From Polyangiales bacterium (GTDB lineage Bacteria > Myxococcota_A > Polyangia > Polyangiales > Houyiibacteriaceae): DNA of 38,535 nt. The notes beneath the pieces were generated by a model that did not search any database, was not told where the DNA came from, and saw only the letters and a list, made by a program, of their open reading frames with translations. Shown in pieces: positions 8,496-16,800 of this stretch. The stretch covers positions 1-38,535 of the forward strand of contig JBGCFM010000037.1 in assembly GCA_045106895.1 (NCBI GenBank). The letters are read 5' to 3'. The position numbers and the translations under genes were made by a program. Each line of letters starts with the position of its first letter. Positions within the stretch are counted from its first letter, which is position 1.

Positions 8496-9577
8496 GGGCC
8501 CTCGCTTTCGGGGATGCAGCGCGGTCCGCTTTCGAGGGTGCACACGGCTCCGATGCGTTCGCAGTCGAACTCGTACTCTTTCCCGCCGTCGCAAATGACC
8601 GCGACGCCGTCTTCGCAGCGCCCGCGATCGTCTTCGGAACAAGCGGGCTCAGGGATCCCGCAGGTGGCTTCACCTCCTGGCGGTACGAAACACCGATAGT
8701 CCGGGTCGGCCCAGTCGCATTGGAACGAGCTTTCGCTGCCACCCACGCAGTAGATGATCTCCGTGCCGTCATCGCTGCACGTCGTCTCGCTGCATGATGT
8801 GATTGGTGAGTCGACGCAGACGGTGTCGCAGGTCTTTCCGCTCTCCGCGCAGTTGGTTGCAAAAGGCACCACTTGCGCGCGGATCGGACACCAGAGAAAG
8901 ACGTCTCCTTCGCATGCAAACTCATCGCGGCCGCAGGGGGCGGCGCCGGCCAAGGAGCAAGTTGGCGGATCCTCCGACTCTACACAGTTCAAGCCTTCGG
9001 CGGCACAGTCGCGGCGCTGCGCGAAACCATTGCTTTCGCACCCGACGAGCACGTCTCCGTCGCAGCGTGACTCGGTGCATTCCTCGTCGCCGCGGATGCA
9101 GGCTTCGTAGGCGTCGCAGGTGGTGGCTTCCAAGAGACACGGGACCACGCTCGCTGCGCGGGCACGCGTCGCTTCGGAGATCTCCGAGATCCAATCGTCC
9201 TGCGTATAAGTAGACATGCAGTTGCTAAGGGGTGGGCGGCGGTCCGGAGGCTCGCACGCCGAGCGGAAGGCGCAGATCGCCTCCCCGATTTCGGAGGCGC
9301 TTAGAATACGCCCGGGGGTGCCCGCGTCGAGTCCGGCAGCGTCGAGTCCGGCAGCGTCAAGATCCGCGTCTCCGCCAACACCGGCGTCTCCGCCAGCCGC
9401 GTCATCGCTGCTGCCTAATCCGTCGACGAGCGCGTCGCGGTTGGCAGGTGCGTCGTCGCCGGCATCGTGATCCACGGCGTCGCTCGACGCGTCGCCTACT
9501 GGGTCGCGGGACTCTGCGCAGCCAGCGCCCAGTACGACCAGGAGGATCCATGGGGAGAGACATGACGGTGGACGCAT
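8492..9577 (-). CDS. Cys-rich lipoprotein with Asp/Ala/Gly linker
   Basis: LLVVLGAGC lipobox, DAG/GLDAA repeats, then repeated C-x-G-D-x(4)-C type modules. Confidence 0.8.
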   Translation of the reverse strand: MRPPSCLSPWILLVVLGAGCAESRDPVGDASSDAVDHDAGDDAPANRDALVDGLGSSDDAAGGDAGVGGDADLDAAGLDAAGLDAGTPGRILSASEIGEAICAFRSACEPPDRRPPLSNCMSTYTQDDWISEISEATRARAASVVPCLLEATTCDAYEACIRGDEECTESRCDGDVLVGCESNGFAQRRDCAAEGLNCVESEDPPTCSLAGAAPCGRDEFACEGDVFLWCPIRAQVVPFATNCAESGKTCDTVCVDSPITSCSETTCSDDGTEIIYCVGGSESSFQCDWADPDYRCFVPPGGEATCGIPEPACSEDDRGRCEDGVAVICDGGKEYEFDCERIGAVCTLESGPRCIPESEGP

Positions 9578-9705
9578 GCCGACAACGTAGCGGACGGAAG
9601 CCGAGAGACAATGCCGAGGACAGGGGACGCGGCGAGCGTTGAGCGGGTGGTACGCCCGACACTTGAGTCGCGACTGGCCTCGGCGGAGTCCGAGGGCGTC
9701 GCCGC

Positions 9706-9879
9706 ATGTTCATGGGTGTCGCCCTCGTCGCCGTCGCGCTCCTGGCCCCCGCTCTGGGCGGAGCGTTCTTCGGGCAGGAGGGTTTTGCCATGGGCTGCGG
9801 TCTGCAGCTCCTCCTCCTCGTCCTCATGGCGGTGCACAGTGGGGCCATCTGCCGCCGACGTGGCGTTGGTGGAAGGTGA
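9706..9879 (+). CDS. small two-helix membrane peptide or 3' remnant of a membrane-protein gene
   Basis: MFMGVALVAVALLAPALGGAFFGQEGFAMGCGLQLLLLVLMAVHSGAICRRRGVGGR (57 aa, below the ORF-track cutoff). Confidence 0.35.
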   Translation: MFMGVALVAVALLAPALGGAFFGQEGFAMGCGLQLLLLVLMAVHSGAICRRRGVGGR

Positions 9880-9896
9880 TAGCGTTCGTTACACCC

Positions 9897-10091
9897 ATGA
9901 CGAACCAAGAGCTTCGACATCTGCTCAGCCGCGCTCGGCCAAACCTCATCCTGCGCTCTTGGAGGATGAGGTCGCGTCGTTCGAGGCCAAGCACGGCATT
10001 GCTCTTCGTAGCGAGTATCGATCAATCTCTGGGTAGAGGTCGGCCACGTTTCGGGCGTGGTATGTCGCCGCCCCTCACCTTTCGCGTGTGA
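9897..10091 (+). pseudogene. frameshifted SMI1/KNR4 remnant
   Basis: MTNQELRHLLSRAR, then in another frame PALLEDEVASFEAKHGIALRSEYRS, then VEVGH. This matches the SUKH N-terminal motif E-x-x-x-F-E-x-x-x-G-I-x-L-P-x-x-Y-R-x-F-L-x-E-V-G-N-G. Confidence 0.55.
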
Positions 10092-10092
10092 C

Positions 10093-11532
10093 CTATTCGC
10101 ACAGGTCGATCACCTCGACCTCTGTTGTTCCGCCTCCGCTACTGCCCTCGCTAAAGGCGGCGCGGATCTCGCCACCCACGAGCTCTGCGTGAGCGAAGGT
10201 GGCGTCATCGAACTCTACGGGGAGAGTCGTCGGGGCGAGTGCCGCGTCGAAAGGTTGGTAGATGACCGTGTTCGAGCTGCACGGAAGCGTCGTGAGCACG
10301 AAGCCGCCGGAGTCGTCTGTGGCCAGTTGGTGGAGAGTTCCCTCCGCGATGGGAGCCGACGCGGTGGACGCGTTTCCGAGCGCGTTTAGCGTGTGGACCA
10401 TCGGCGCGCTGCCATCGTAGGCGAGGAAGAGACCGTTGCTGGAGTAGTCGAGGGCGACATTTTTGGCCATCGGAGCGGCGGCCACGGTCGCGAAGAATCC
10501 GCTCGCGGGAGTCCCGGCGTCGTCGAAGTGGAGAGTCCCGATGTTTGAGCCCTCGGTCCATGCGAGGACCCATCCGTTCGCTGTTCGTGCCGCCGCGACG
10601 GTGGGTTGCATGTGGCTGATGGAGATGTATCGAGACGCGTAGACAGTACCCATCGGCGGCACCAGGAACATACGCAGAGAGGGTCGGCCAGCGCCGTCCC
10701 AGTCAATATAGGAGATCAATGTCTCGGTCCCGTTCACGGCGATGTCCAAGGAGAGAACTTCGTCCTCAGGGATGTTTACGACCCGCGGCGGCGCCGCGAA
10801 GTTCGCATCGGCGTCGAGGGTTGCGTATGAAATCGAACCCGAAGCATTTAGCCATACGAGGGCGTTGCCATCGCGCGCGAGGAACTCGCCGACGCCTTCC
10901 ACAAGCGGGGTCTCGCTCGTCGGTGTGTCCGTCGCGTCGATGGTGATGCGAGTGAGCCGACGCGGTCCAACGCACTCGCGGCAGAGCTCATGAACGAGCA
11001 CGTGGGAGTCAGCGCCGTCTGCGAGGAAGGCGACGGGCTGGCGGAGTGGATACATGCCGTACGAGATCACTTCAGGAGTGCCAGCGAGGCACTCGCAGCC
11101 CGCCATCGGCGAATCGTTGCAAGTTGCCGGGACAGGCGCGATGCAGCCGCCATCGGGGCCGGCATCGGGGGTGCCTGCGTCGTCGACGCTGCCATCAAAG
11201 AAGCCGCCGTCGTAGTCAGGACCACCGTCGACGAAACCTGCGTCGACGAGTGGGCCTCCGTCGAATGAACCTGCGTCGACGGGCGGGCCTCCGTCGAATG
11301 GCGGGCCTCCGTCGAATGGAGGACCGCCGTCAAATGGTGGACCAGCGTCGTAGTCTGCGGCGTCTTGGCCGGGGCCTGAATCCTGGGCCGAAGTACCACC
11401 GTCCGTTTCAGTTGTGTCGAGAACGGGAACATCGACAAAAGAGGAGTCGCTCTCGGGGGCTGCGTCCGGCTCTTCGTTTCCGCTATCCACGCAAGCGACG
11501 CACAGGATGAGAGCAAAGGCGAGGTTCTTCAT
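10093..11532 (-). CDS. lipoprotein with DGG/DAG repeats and a beta-rich (propeller-like) C-terminal domain
   Basis: MKNLAFALILCVAC lipobox, PPFDGG repeats, short Cys cluster, repeated beta-strand blades. Confidence 0.8.
   Translation of the reverse strand: MKNLAFALILCVACVDSGNEEPDAAPESDSSFVDVPVLDTTETDGGTSAQDSGPGQDAADYDAGPPFDGGPPFDGGPPFDGGPPVDAGSFDGGPLVDAGFVDGGPDYDGGFFDGSVDDAGTPDAGPDGGCIAPVPATCNDSPMAGCECLAGTPEVISYGMYPLRQPVAFLADGADSHVLVHELCRECVGPRRLTRITIDATDTPTSETPLVEGVGEFLARDGNALVWLNASGSISYATLDADANFAAPPRVVNIPEDEVLSLDIAVNGTETLISYIDWDGAGRPSLRMFLVPPMGTVYASRYISISHMQPTVAAARTANGWVLAWTEGSNIGTLHFDDAGTPASGFFATVAAAPMAKNVALDYSSNGLFLAYDGSAPMVHTLNALGNASTASAPIAEGTLHQLATDDSGGFVLTTLPCSSNTVIYQPFDAALAPTTLPVEFDDATFAHAELVGGEIRAAFSEGSSGGGTTEVEVIDLCE
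11146..11349 (-). repeat. degenerate 15-18 nt coding repeat (PPFDGG x3, further DGG/DAG units)
   Basis: DAGPPFDGGPPFDGGPPFDGGPPVDAGSFDGGPLVDAGFVDGGPDYDGG... Confidence 0.85.
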
Positions 11533-11615
11533 GCTGCGAACCTAGGTCAACGAAGCGCCGCCTCCAACGTCGGAGAATTCAAAACGTTCACCAGCCAGTG
11601 AACACTCCGTCTGGA

Positions 11616-12539
11616 TCAGAGCCCAAGAGCGATGCCTACGCGCGCCGTGGGAAACCAGTTCTTCACGACTTCGCCTTCTTCGTCCCGGGCACGAAAGAGG
11701 GGCAGATTGGCTTGAACAAAAAGCTCCAAGCGACTGCGCGTGGTGCGGAAGAGCTCAACGCCACCGCGCATGCCAACGAAGAGCCCTGTTCGGTTCGCCG
11801 AGTCGCGCCGACTTGGGTCGCTCGCGAGGGGTCCTCGCATCCACTGGTGCTCCAGGCCGAGCTGCAGTCCGAGGAATCCACTGGCTGCCGCGTCGGAACT
11901 GAATGCATATCGAACATCGAAGGCGACGTCGCCGACGACCATGAGCGCGAGGGACTGCGGGACCGCCGAGGTGCGCGTGGCGACGGCGACATGAAGCGCG
12001 AGGCTCCACTGGGCATGCTCCCGTCGGTAGGCGAAGCCAAAGCCCGTGGCGCTGTAGAGCTCTCCTTCGATGAGACCGAGGAGCTCGAAGACTTCCAGGG
12101 ACCAGAGCGAGTTGCCTTCTCGTTGCAGCCGGCCGAGGGCGCCGCTCAGACCTTGGTCTTCGCTCGGTCGCCTCAAACGCTGCGGGTCGTTGTGCAGCAG
12201 AATGGTGACGAGCTCTTCGATCGCGAGCTCGAGGGAGTCTTCTACTTCAAGTCGGTGGGGCACCGCGTCGTCGATTCGGCCTGTGAGCCAGCGCCGACCT
12301 TCGAGAGTGAAGAGCTCGACGTGCATGCGCGACGTGCAGTCGGGTTGCGCGACTTGGTGGCTTGCGTGGCGATCCACTTCCAAGCGGACCAATCGAGCGA
12401 GGGCGTCTGCTTCGGAGGCGCTGCTGACGCTCACGCAGGTCGGAATTCGCCCGAGAACTCCGGCGCTGGGCTCACCACCCGACTGAGCGAGGGCGGGCAC
12501 GGCGAAGGCGCAGAGCGCAGCTGTGAGAAGGACCCGCAC
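11616..12539 (-). CDS. exported protein with putative C-terminal outer-membrane beta-barrel (paralog of upstream gene)
   Basis: Signal peptide ending ALA-Q; alternating amphipathic strands (GFGFAYRRE, FDVRYAF, GGVELFR, ARVGIALGL). Confidence 0.7.
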   Translation of the reverse strand: MRVLLTAALCAFAVPALAQSGGEPSAGVLGRIPTCVSVSSASEADALARLVRLEVDRHASHQVAQPDCTSRMHVELFTLEGRRWLTGRIDDAVPHRLEVEDSLELAIEELVTILLHNDPQRLRRPSEDQGLSGALGRLQREGNSLWSLEVFELLGLIEGELYSATGFGFAYRREHAQWSLALHVAVATRTSAVPQSLALMVVGDVAFDVRYAFSSDAAASGFLGLQLGLEHQWMRGPLASDPSRRDSANRTGLFVGMRGGVELFRTTRSRLELFVQANLPLFRARDEEGEVVKNWFPTARVGIALGL

Positions 12540-12540
12540 G

Positions 12541-13824
12541 TCACCTCAGCAATCCGATTTGCACGACGCCGGCGGGTAACCACGCGTTGATAGCGCCGTT
12601 GCGGTTCTCGGAGTCGAAGCCGTAGGCCGGCAGCAGCGCTTGGAGTTCCACAAAGAAGGAGAGCGCACTGGCGCGCATGACCTCGTAGCCGACGACGAGG
12701 TCGAGGTTGAGACCGCCGCCCACGAGGCCCTCGTCGGAGCCGCCGGAGTTTCCAGGAAGGATTCTGTAGCGGTGAATCTGAAAGCTCGCGCCGCCGCCTC
12801 CATAGAGTGATGCCGCTGCCTCCGGTGATGTGTAGCGGAGAAAGTGGAGCGCCGCCGTCATCCCGAAGGTGTAGTCTGCGTGTCCTCTTCCGGACCCCGA
12901 TACAGACTGACGCGAGGTGCCGACGAGCATGCCTAGGTATGCGTCGAGCGCCCAGGCGCGATACGTCGTTCGAGCGCCGGCTTCGAGGGCGAGGGGCGCG
13001 CTGATGCGAAACGTGTGTTCGGCAGCTTCATCGGCGGAGCGCGCCGTGGGGAGCAGGCCCATGATGATCTGCGTTCCAATGGAGAAGCGCACCTGTGTTC
13101 GTCCCCGTACGCGGCGCATCGCCTCTTCGGAATCCGCACGAAGCACCGTCCGCCGGCTGAGTGTTTCTTCGAGGGGCTCGTCGTTGAGCAGCGCCGCTGT
13201 GAGTCGCGCTGCGAGGGCCGGAAACTCATCCACTTGAACGCGGTCGACCTTCTCCTCACGCGCGGTTCCGTCGTAACGCGCGAAGGCAGTCCACCCCTCC
13301 GGCAGCGGGTAGAGCTGTACGACGAGGTGCTGGGCGCAGCCTTCCTGGACAGCTTCGAACCCAGGCATATGCGTCACCCGGTACTCGATAAGGCGACGCA
13401 GGTAGTGCGGCGGAACGAAGATGTTTCGGCGTGGCGGCGGCGGGCGCTGCGCTTGTGGTTGTGGCGCTACGCGAGCGGCGCGCCGTGGTGGTTGCGCATG
13501 GACGACGGGAGGCTCGAAGTCGTCGTCCTCGTCGAAGTCGTCGTCCTCGTCGAAGTCCTCATCCTCGTCGAAGTCCTCATCCTCATCCTCGTCCTCGTCG
13601 AAGTCCTCGCGTTCTTCGTCGAGTTCGTCCTCTTGAAGGTCCTCCCCGTCGAGGTCCTCCTCCTGGTTTCGCGCCGCGGCTTCTTCCTCATGCGCGCGAG
13701 CCTCTGAGTTTAGATCCGCCCAAGACCGGAGCTCCACCTCCACACAGACAGACGTCTGCGCGTTCGCGCTTCCTAGGCCAAACATACACGTGGCTCCTGC
13801 GAGTGCAGCGATTCGTTTCAACAT
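12541..13824 (-). CDS. exported protein with acidic repeat and putative C-terminal beta-barrel
   Basis: SD AAGGAGG before ATG 13824, signal peptide ending ANA-Q, D/E/F tract, beta-strand C-terminus (LHFLRY, LYGGGGASF, VGYEVMR). Confidence 0.75.
   Translation of the reverse strand: MLKRIAALAGATCMFGLGSANAQTSVCVEVELRSWADLNSEARAHEEEAAARNQEEDLDGEDLQEDELDEEREDFDEDEDEDEDFDEDEDFDEDDDFDEDDDFEPPVVHAQPPRRAARVAPQPQAQRPPPPRRNIFVPPHYLRRLIEYRVTHMPGFEAVQEGCAQHLVVQLYPLPEGWTAFARYDGTAREEKVDRVQVDEFPALAARLTAALLNDEPLEETLSRRTVLRADSEEAMRRVRGRTQVRFSIGTQIIMGLLPTARSADEAAEHTFRISAPLALEAGARTTYRAWALDAYLGMLVGTSRQSVSGSGRGHADYTFGMTAALHFLRYTSPEAAASLYGGGGASFQIHRYRILPGNSGGSDEGLVGGGLNLDLVVGYEVMRASALSFFVELQALLPAYGFDSENRNGAINAWLPAGVVQIGLLR
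13513..13662 (-). repeat. acidic low-complexity tract with 18-nt EDxDFD repeats
   Basis: + strand gaagtcgtcgtcctcgtc / gaagtcctcatcctcgtc units encode EDFDEDEDEDEDFDEDEDFDEDDDFDEDDDFE. Confidence 0.9.
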
Positions 13825-13849
13825 CACACCCTCCTTTGGCGAGGGCGGA

Positions 13850-13865
13850 TGCAAAGCACGTGCCC
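13850..13865 (-). promoter_or_regulatory. sigma54 (-24/-12) promoter
   Basis: Minus strand GGGCAC-GTGCT-TTGCA fits TGGCAC-N5-TTGCW with canonical spacing, 25 nt upstream of ATG 13824. Confidence 0.65.
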
Positions 13866-13984
13866 TAGTGCGCCCTAGCGGTCTTCAGGTGTTCTTCAGC
13901 GACACGTGCCGATGTGTGTGGTTCGTCGCGCACGCGTGTGCCGCTGATGTGTTGCTCCTGGTAACGGGTGTGTTGCCCGTCGAC

Positions 13985-14386
13985 TCAGCGCCGCGTCATC
14001 ATCCATGCGAGCCAAGTGAAACCAAGCAGCTGACCTAAGTTTCGGTCCGTGGCGATGGGAGCGCTTCGCAGTTTTTGAATCGGGTGAATACCAAACGTGT
14101 TTCGAAGCCGCTGCTGTGTCCCCTCGTCGATGCCGCTCATGGCTAGTCGGGCGTGTCCGCTTGAACGCAGCGCGCGAATCGTTGCGTTCTGAACGCGGGC
14201 GCGCTTGAGGACATCCTCGATATCGTGCTGCAGAGCGCCGGGGATGCGGCCGCGAATAAGCAGCACGCTCCCGCCCCGGACGCTCAACACGAAGAGCTCA
14301 TTGCCGCGGGAGATCACCAGAAACAAGAGCCCCACGAGGACCAAGACAATGAGCGGCAGCAGCAGCGGCACGCTGCTGTTTAGCAC
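13985..14386 (-). CDS. DUF3634-like small membrane protein
   Basis: N-terminal TM, then NELFVLSVRGG...RGRIP...QQRLRNTFG, as recalled for DUF3634. Confidence 0.65.
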   Translation of the reverse strand: MLNSSVPLLLPLIVLVLVGLLFLVISRGNELFVLSVRGGSVLLIRGRIPGALQHDIEDVLKRARVQNATIRALRSSGHARLAMSGIDEGTQQRLRNTFGIHPIQKLRSAPIATDRNLGQLLGFTWLAWMMTRR

Positions 14387-14536
14387 GACGCATGAAGCTG
14401 CGCCATCGCCTGCACTCTAGAGTGAGTCAGCGTCGGCGTAGAGACCTCGGCACGAGCGTGGACCTCGCGGACCTGGCTCGCGACGAGCCCTAGATAGGCG
14501 ATTGACATCCGTTGCTGCCGTTCGCACCTGTGCGGG

Positions 14537-15628
14537 GTGGGCTTCTTCAACCGTCGGCGAATCGCGAAGCGCGCGGCCATCGTCCAAGAGATGCGCGAAG
14601 CCCTTGCAGAGGGTGACTTCGACACCGTCATTGCGGGCCTAGACAGCCTGCCATGGGCAAACGCTATGACACTTCGAGAGCGAATGCTCATTGAGTGGTT
14701 CATTCGGGAGGCGCCCGCTTTTGCTCATGCGCTTTGGGTGAAGGGTCAAGTCTTCACTCGATCGTTCCATTTGTGGATTCCTGTCCTCACGGAGCTCATT
14801 GAGCACGGCGACCTCGATCCAAACCTCGCCATTGATCAAGCTCAGTGGTTCGGCGGCGTAAGCCGAACCGAGGTTCCTTTCGCCATCGTCCAAATGTTGC
14901 TGCGCAGTGGGCGACGTGATGAAGCCGTCGAAGTGGGCACACGATGGCTGCGTGACCCCCTCGAAGTTCAGGCTCTTTTAGTTGCCACCACTACAGGCGA
15001 CGAGCAGCGACGCGCTCTCGATGCAATGGAGGCCGCCGTCGGAGACCAATCGAATATCGGCGAATCCATCACCTTTGAGACTTGCCGCGCCCTCTGCGAC
15101 CACGAACTACCCCTCAGCCTTTGGGGCGGTCGTCATTCGTCGTTGAACTCGACGCTCATTCAAGAAGTACCTCGCCGTACCAACGCGCGTTCCTCTCGTA
15201 CACTGTTCCTTGTTCGCGCGATCAACGAAGAGTGTGTCTTCTGGGTCTTCGTTGCGGCATGCTCCCCTCAACAGGCAGCTGAAGTCGCCGCGGCACGTCT
15301 CGGACTTAAGGTTGAAGTCGACGCTACCAAGGCGCTGTACGAAGTCGAGCCAGGTCGCTCCAGGCTTTGTATTCCTGCGCACGCGAGCGTGGGCATTGTT
15401 TCCCGCAATATCTCCGGCATCGGTGAGCGCGACGCTTTGGACTACACAGGGCTGAGCGACGTACGGAACTTCCACGACGCTCTCGATCCCAAGCGTGAGA
15501 TCACGATGCGAAGGGCTCATGAACGGGACCTTACTTGGCCCGGCGACTTGGCGTGGCCCAAACCGCGCCTCGGCGCGTGGCTCCCAGCGCCTTACAACGC
15601 TGCCCTCGCGACAGGGCTCTTCAAGTGA
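14537..15628 (+). CDS. hypothetical protein (363 aa), atypical codon usage
   Basis: Long ORF starting MGFFNRRR with many A/T-ending codons compared with the core genes. Confidence 0.6.
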   Translation: MGFFNRRRIAKRAAIVQEMREALAEGDFDTVIAGLDSLPWANAMTLRERMLIEWFIREAPAFAHALWVKGQVFTRSFHLWIPVLTELIEHGDLDPNLAIDQAQWFGGVSRTEVPFAIVQMLLRSGRRDEAVEVGTRWLRDPLEVQALLVATTTGDEQRRALDAMEAAVGDQSNIGESITFETCRALCDHELPLSLWGGRHSSLNSTLIQEVPRRTNARSSRTLFLVRAINEECVFWVFVAACSPQQAAEVAAARLGLKVEVDATKALYEVEPGRSRLCIPAHASVGIVSRNISGIGERDALDYTGLSDVRNFHDALDPKREITMRRAHERDLTWPGDLAWPKPRLGAWLPAPYNAALATGLFK

Positions 15629-15675
15629 ACGCGGTCGTCTGGGATGGCTGTCCAGAATCAGGAACTCGACGAACC

Positions 15676-16800
15676 CTAGACTTCGAAGCGCAAGCGCAGT
15701 CCCGCGAACACTTGGCGTGTCTCGGGCACAAACCAGTTGCGAAAACCTGGCCGCGCGATGAGCGGGTCCGTGACGAAGCTGCCGCCGCGCATCACCCGGT
15801 GTTTTCCGTCAAAGTACGGCTTCGAGTAACCGGCGTAAGGATGCGCCACAAACCCTGGGCGCTCTTCGAAGGTGCACGCGCACCACTCCCAGGCCTCGCT
15901 CGTGCCTTCGAGCCCTTGGCGCGCGGCGAGCTCCCACTCGACCTCGCTCGGAAGTGTTGCGCCGGCCCACCGCGCGTAGGCGCTCGCTTCGTACCAAGAG
16001 ACTCCCCAGACCGCTTCGTCCGACCTAAGAGGGCGCGCGCCTTCCGGGGCTAGCAGCAGGTAGCCAGCGCCGGCGCGTTTCCACGGTCGCGGCATCTTCT
16101 CTTCGAGGGTGCGGGCGAAGGCCCAGCCGGCGTCGCACCAGAGTGACTCTGTGTTGTAGCCTTCGTCTTCCATGAACGCGGCCCACTCGCCGGCGCTCAC
16201 CGGTCGGTCCGCGAGGACGAAGTCGTCGATATGCACCTGCATCGGCGGCTGCTCGTTGTCGTAGGCCTGAGGCCCCTCGCTGCCGAGAGTGCCTTGTCCG
16301 CGATAGCGCGTTCGGCTCCTCGACTTGGCGTGAAGTGCTTCGGCTTCCATGTCGGCGTGGTCGTCGTCGCTTTGTGCGGTGAGTCCCAGGGCCAAGACCA
16401 GGTTCATCGTCTCGCGATGTTGATGCTCATGGCACGCCAAAAACCAGTCGAGGTAGGCGGCGCCAAGCTCGCTCTCTTCGACGGCGCTCCACGCGCTCTG
16501 AACTTCGTGGCGTACGGTTTCCAGATACGCGAAGAGCGTCTCGCGCTCGTACCCCTCGGCACGAAGGGACTTGGCGCGTCCGTCCTGGGCGAAGCGATGT
16601 GCGTAAGGGGCCGAGTACTGACTCTCGCCGGCGCAACGCTTCAGCGTCCAATGGGCTTCGGTGAATGCGACGTGACCGAGGTGCCAAGAGATCGGCGAAA
16701 ACGCCGGGTCGGGCCAAGCGCACATCACCTCGTCCGGGAGCGCCCGCGCAAACGCGAGGGTCTTACGTCGCGCGTCATCCATGAGAGGCGTCCGGCTCAT
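15676..16800 (-). CDS. egtB: ergothioneine biosynthesis sulfoxide synthase (DinB + FGE-sulfatase domains)
   Basis: SPISWHLGH, HEHQHRE Fe ligands, YDNE, LPSEVEWE, YAGYS, VMRGGS, RNWF...FAGLR; coupled to egtC. Confidence 0.82.
   Translation of the reverse strand: MSRTPLMDDARRKTLAFARALPDEVMCAWPDPAFSPISWHLGHVAFTEAHWTLKRCAGESQYSAPYAHRFAQDGRAKSLRAEGYERETLFAYLETVRHEVQSAWSAVEESELGAAYLDWFLACHEHQHRETMNLVLALGLTAQSDDDHADMEAEALHAKSRSRTRYRGQGTLGSEGPQAYDNEQPPMQVHIDDFVLADRPVSAGEWAAFMEDEGYNTESLWCDAGWAFARTLEEKMPRPWKRAGAGYLLLAPEGARPLRSDEAVWGVSWYEASAYARWAGATLPSEVEWELAARQGLEGTSEAWEWCACTFEERPGFVAHPYAGYSKPYFDGKHRVMRGGSFVTDPLIARPGFRNWFVPETRQVFAGLRLRFEV

Noticed and set aside
11598..12590. 330-aa plus-strand ORF
   Set aside because: Opposite a gene with a signal peptide and a paralogous neighbour; no independent support.
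13513..13610. 18-nt repeats as a possible CRISPR or ncRNA array
   Set aside because: Tandem with no spacers, in frame in a CDS, no cas genes. The same applies to the repeats at 11146, 19069 and 37630.
14380..14419. TAGAGT followed by ATG 14406 (MAQLHASC*) as a leader peptide for the DUF3634 gene
   Set aside because: Out of frame with the gene and too short to distinguish from chance.
15676..16800. Selenoneine (senA) or ovothiol (ovoA) assignment
   Set aside because: No senB/selD neighbours and no C-terminal methyltransferase domain; linkage to egtC favours egtB.
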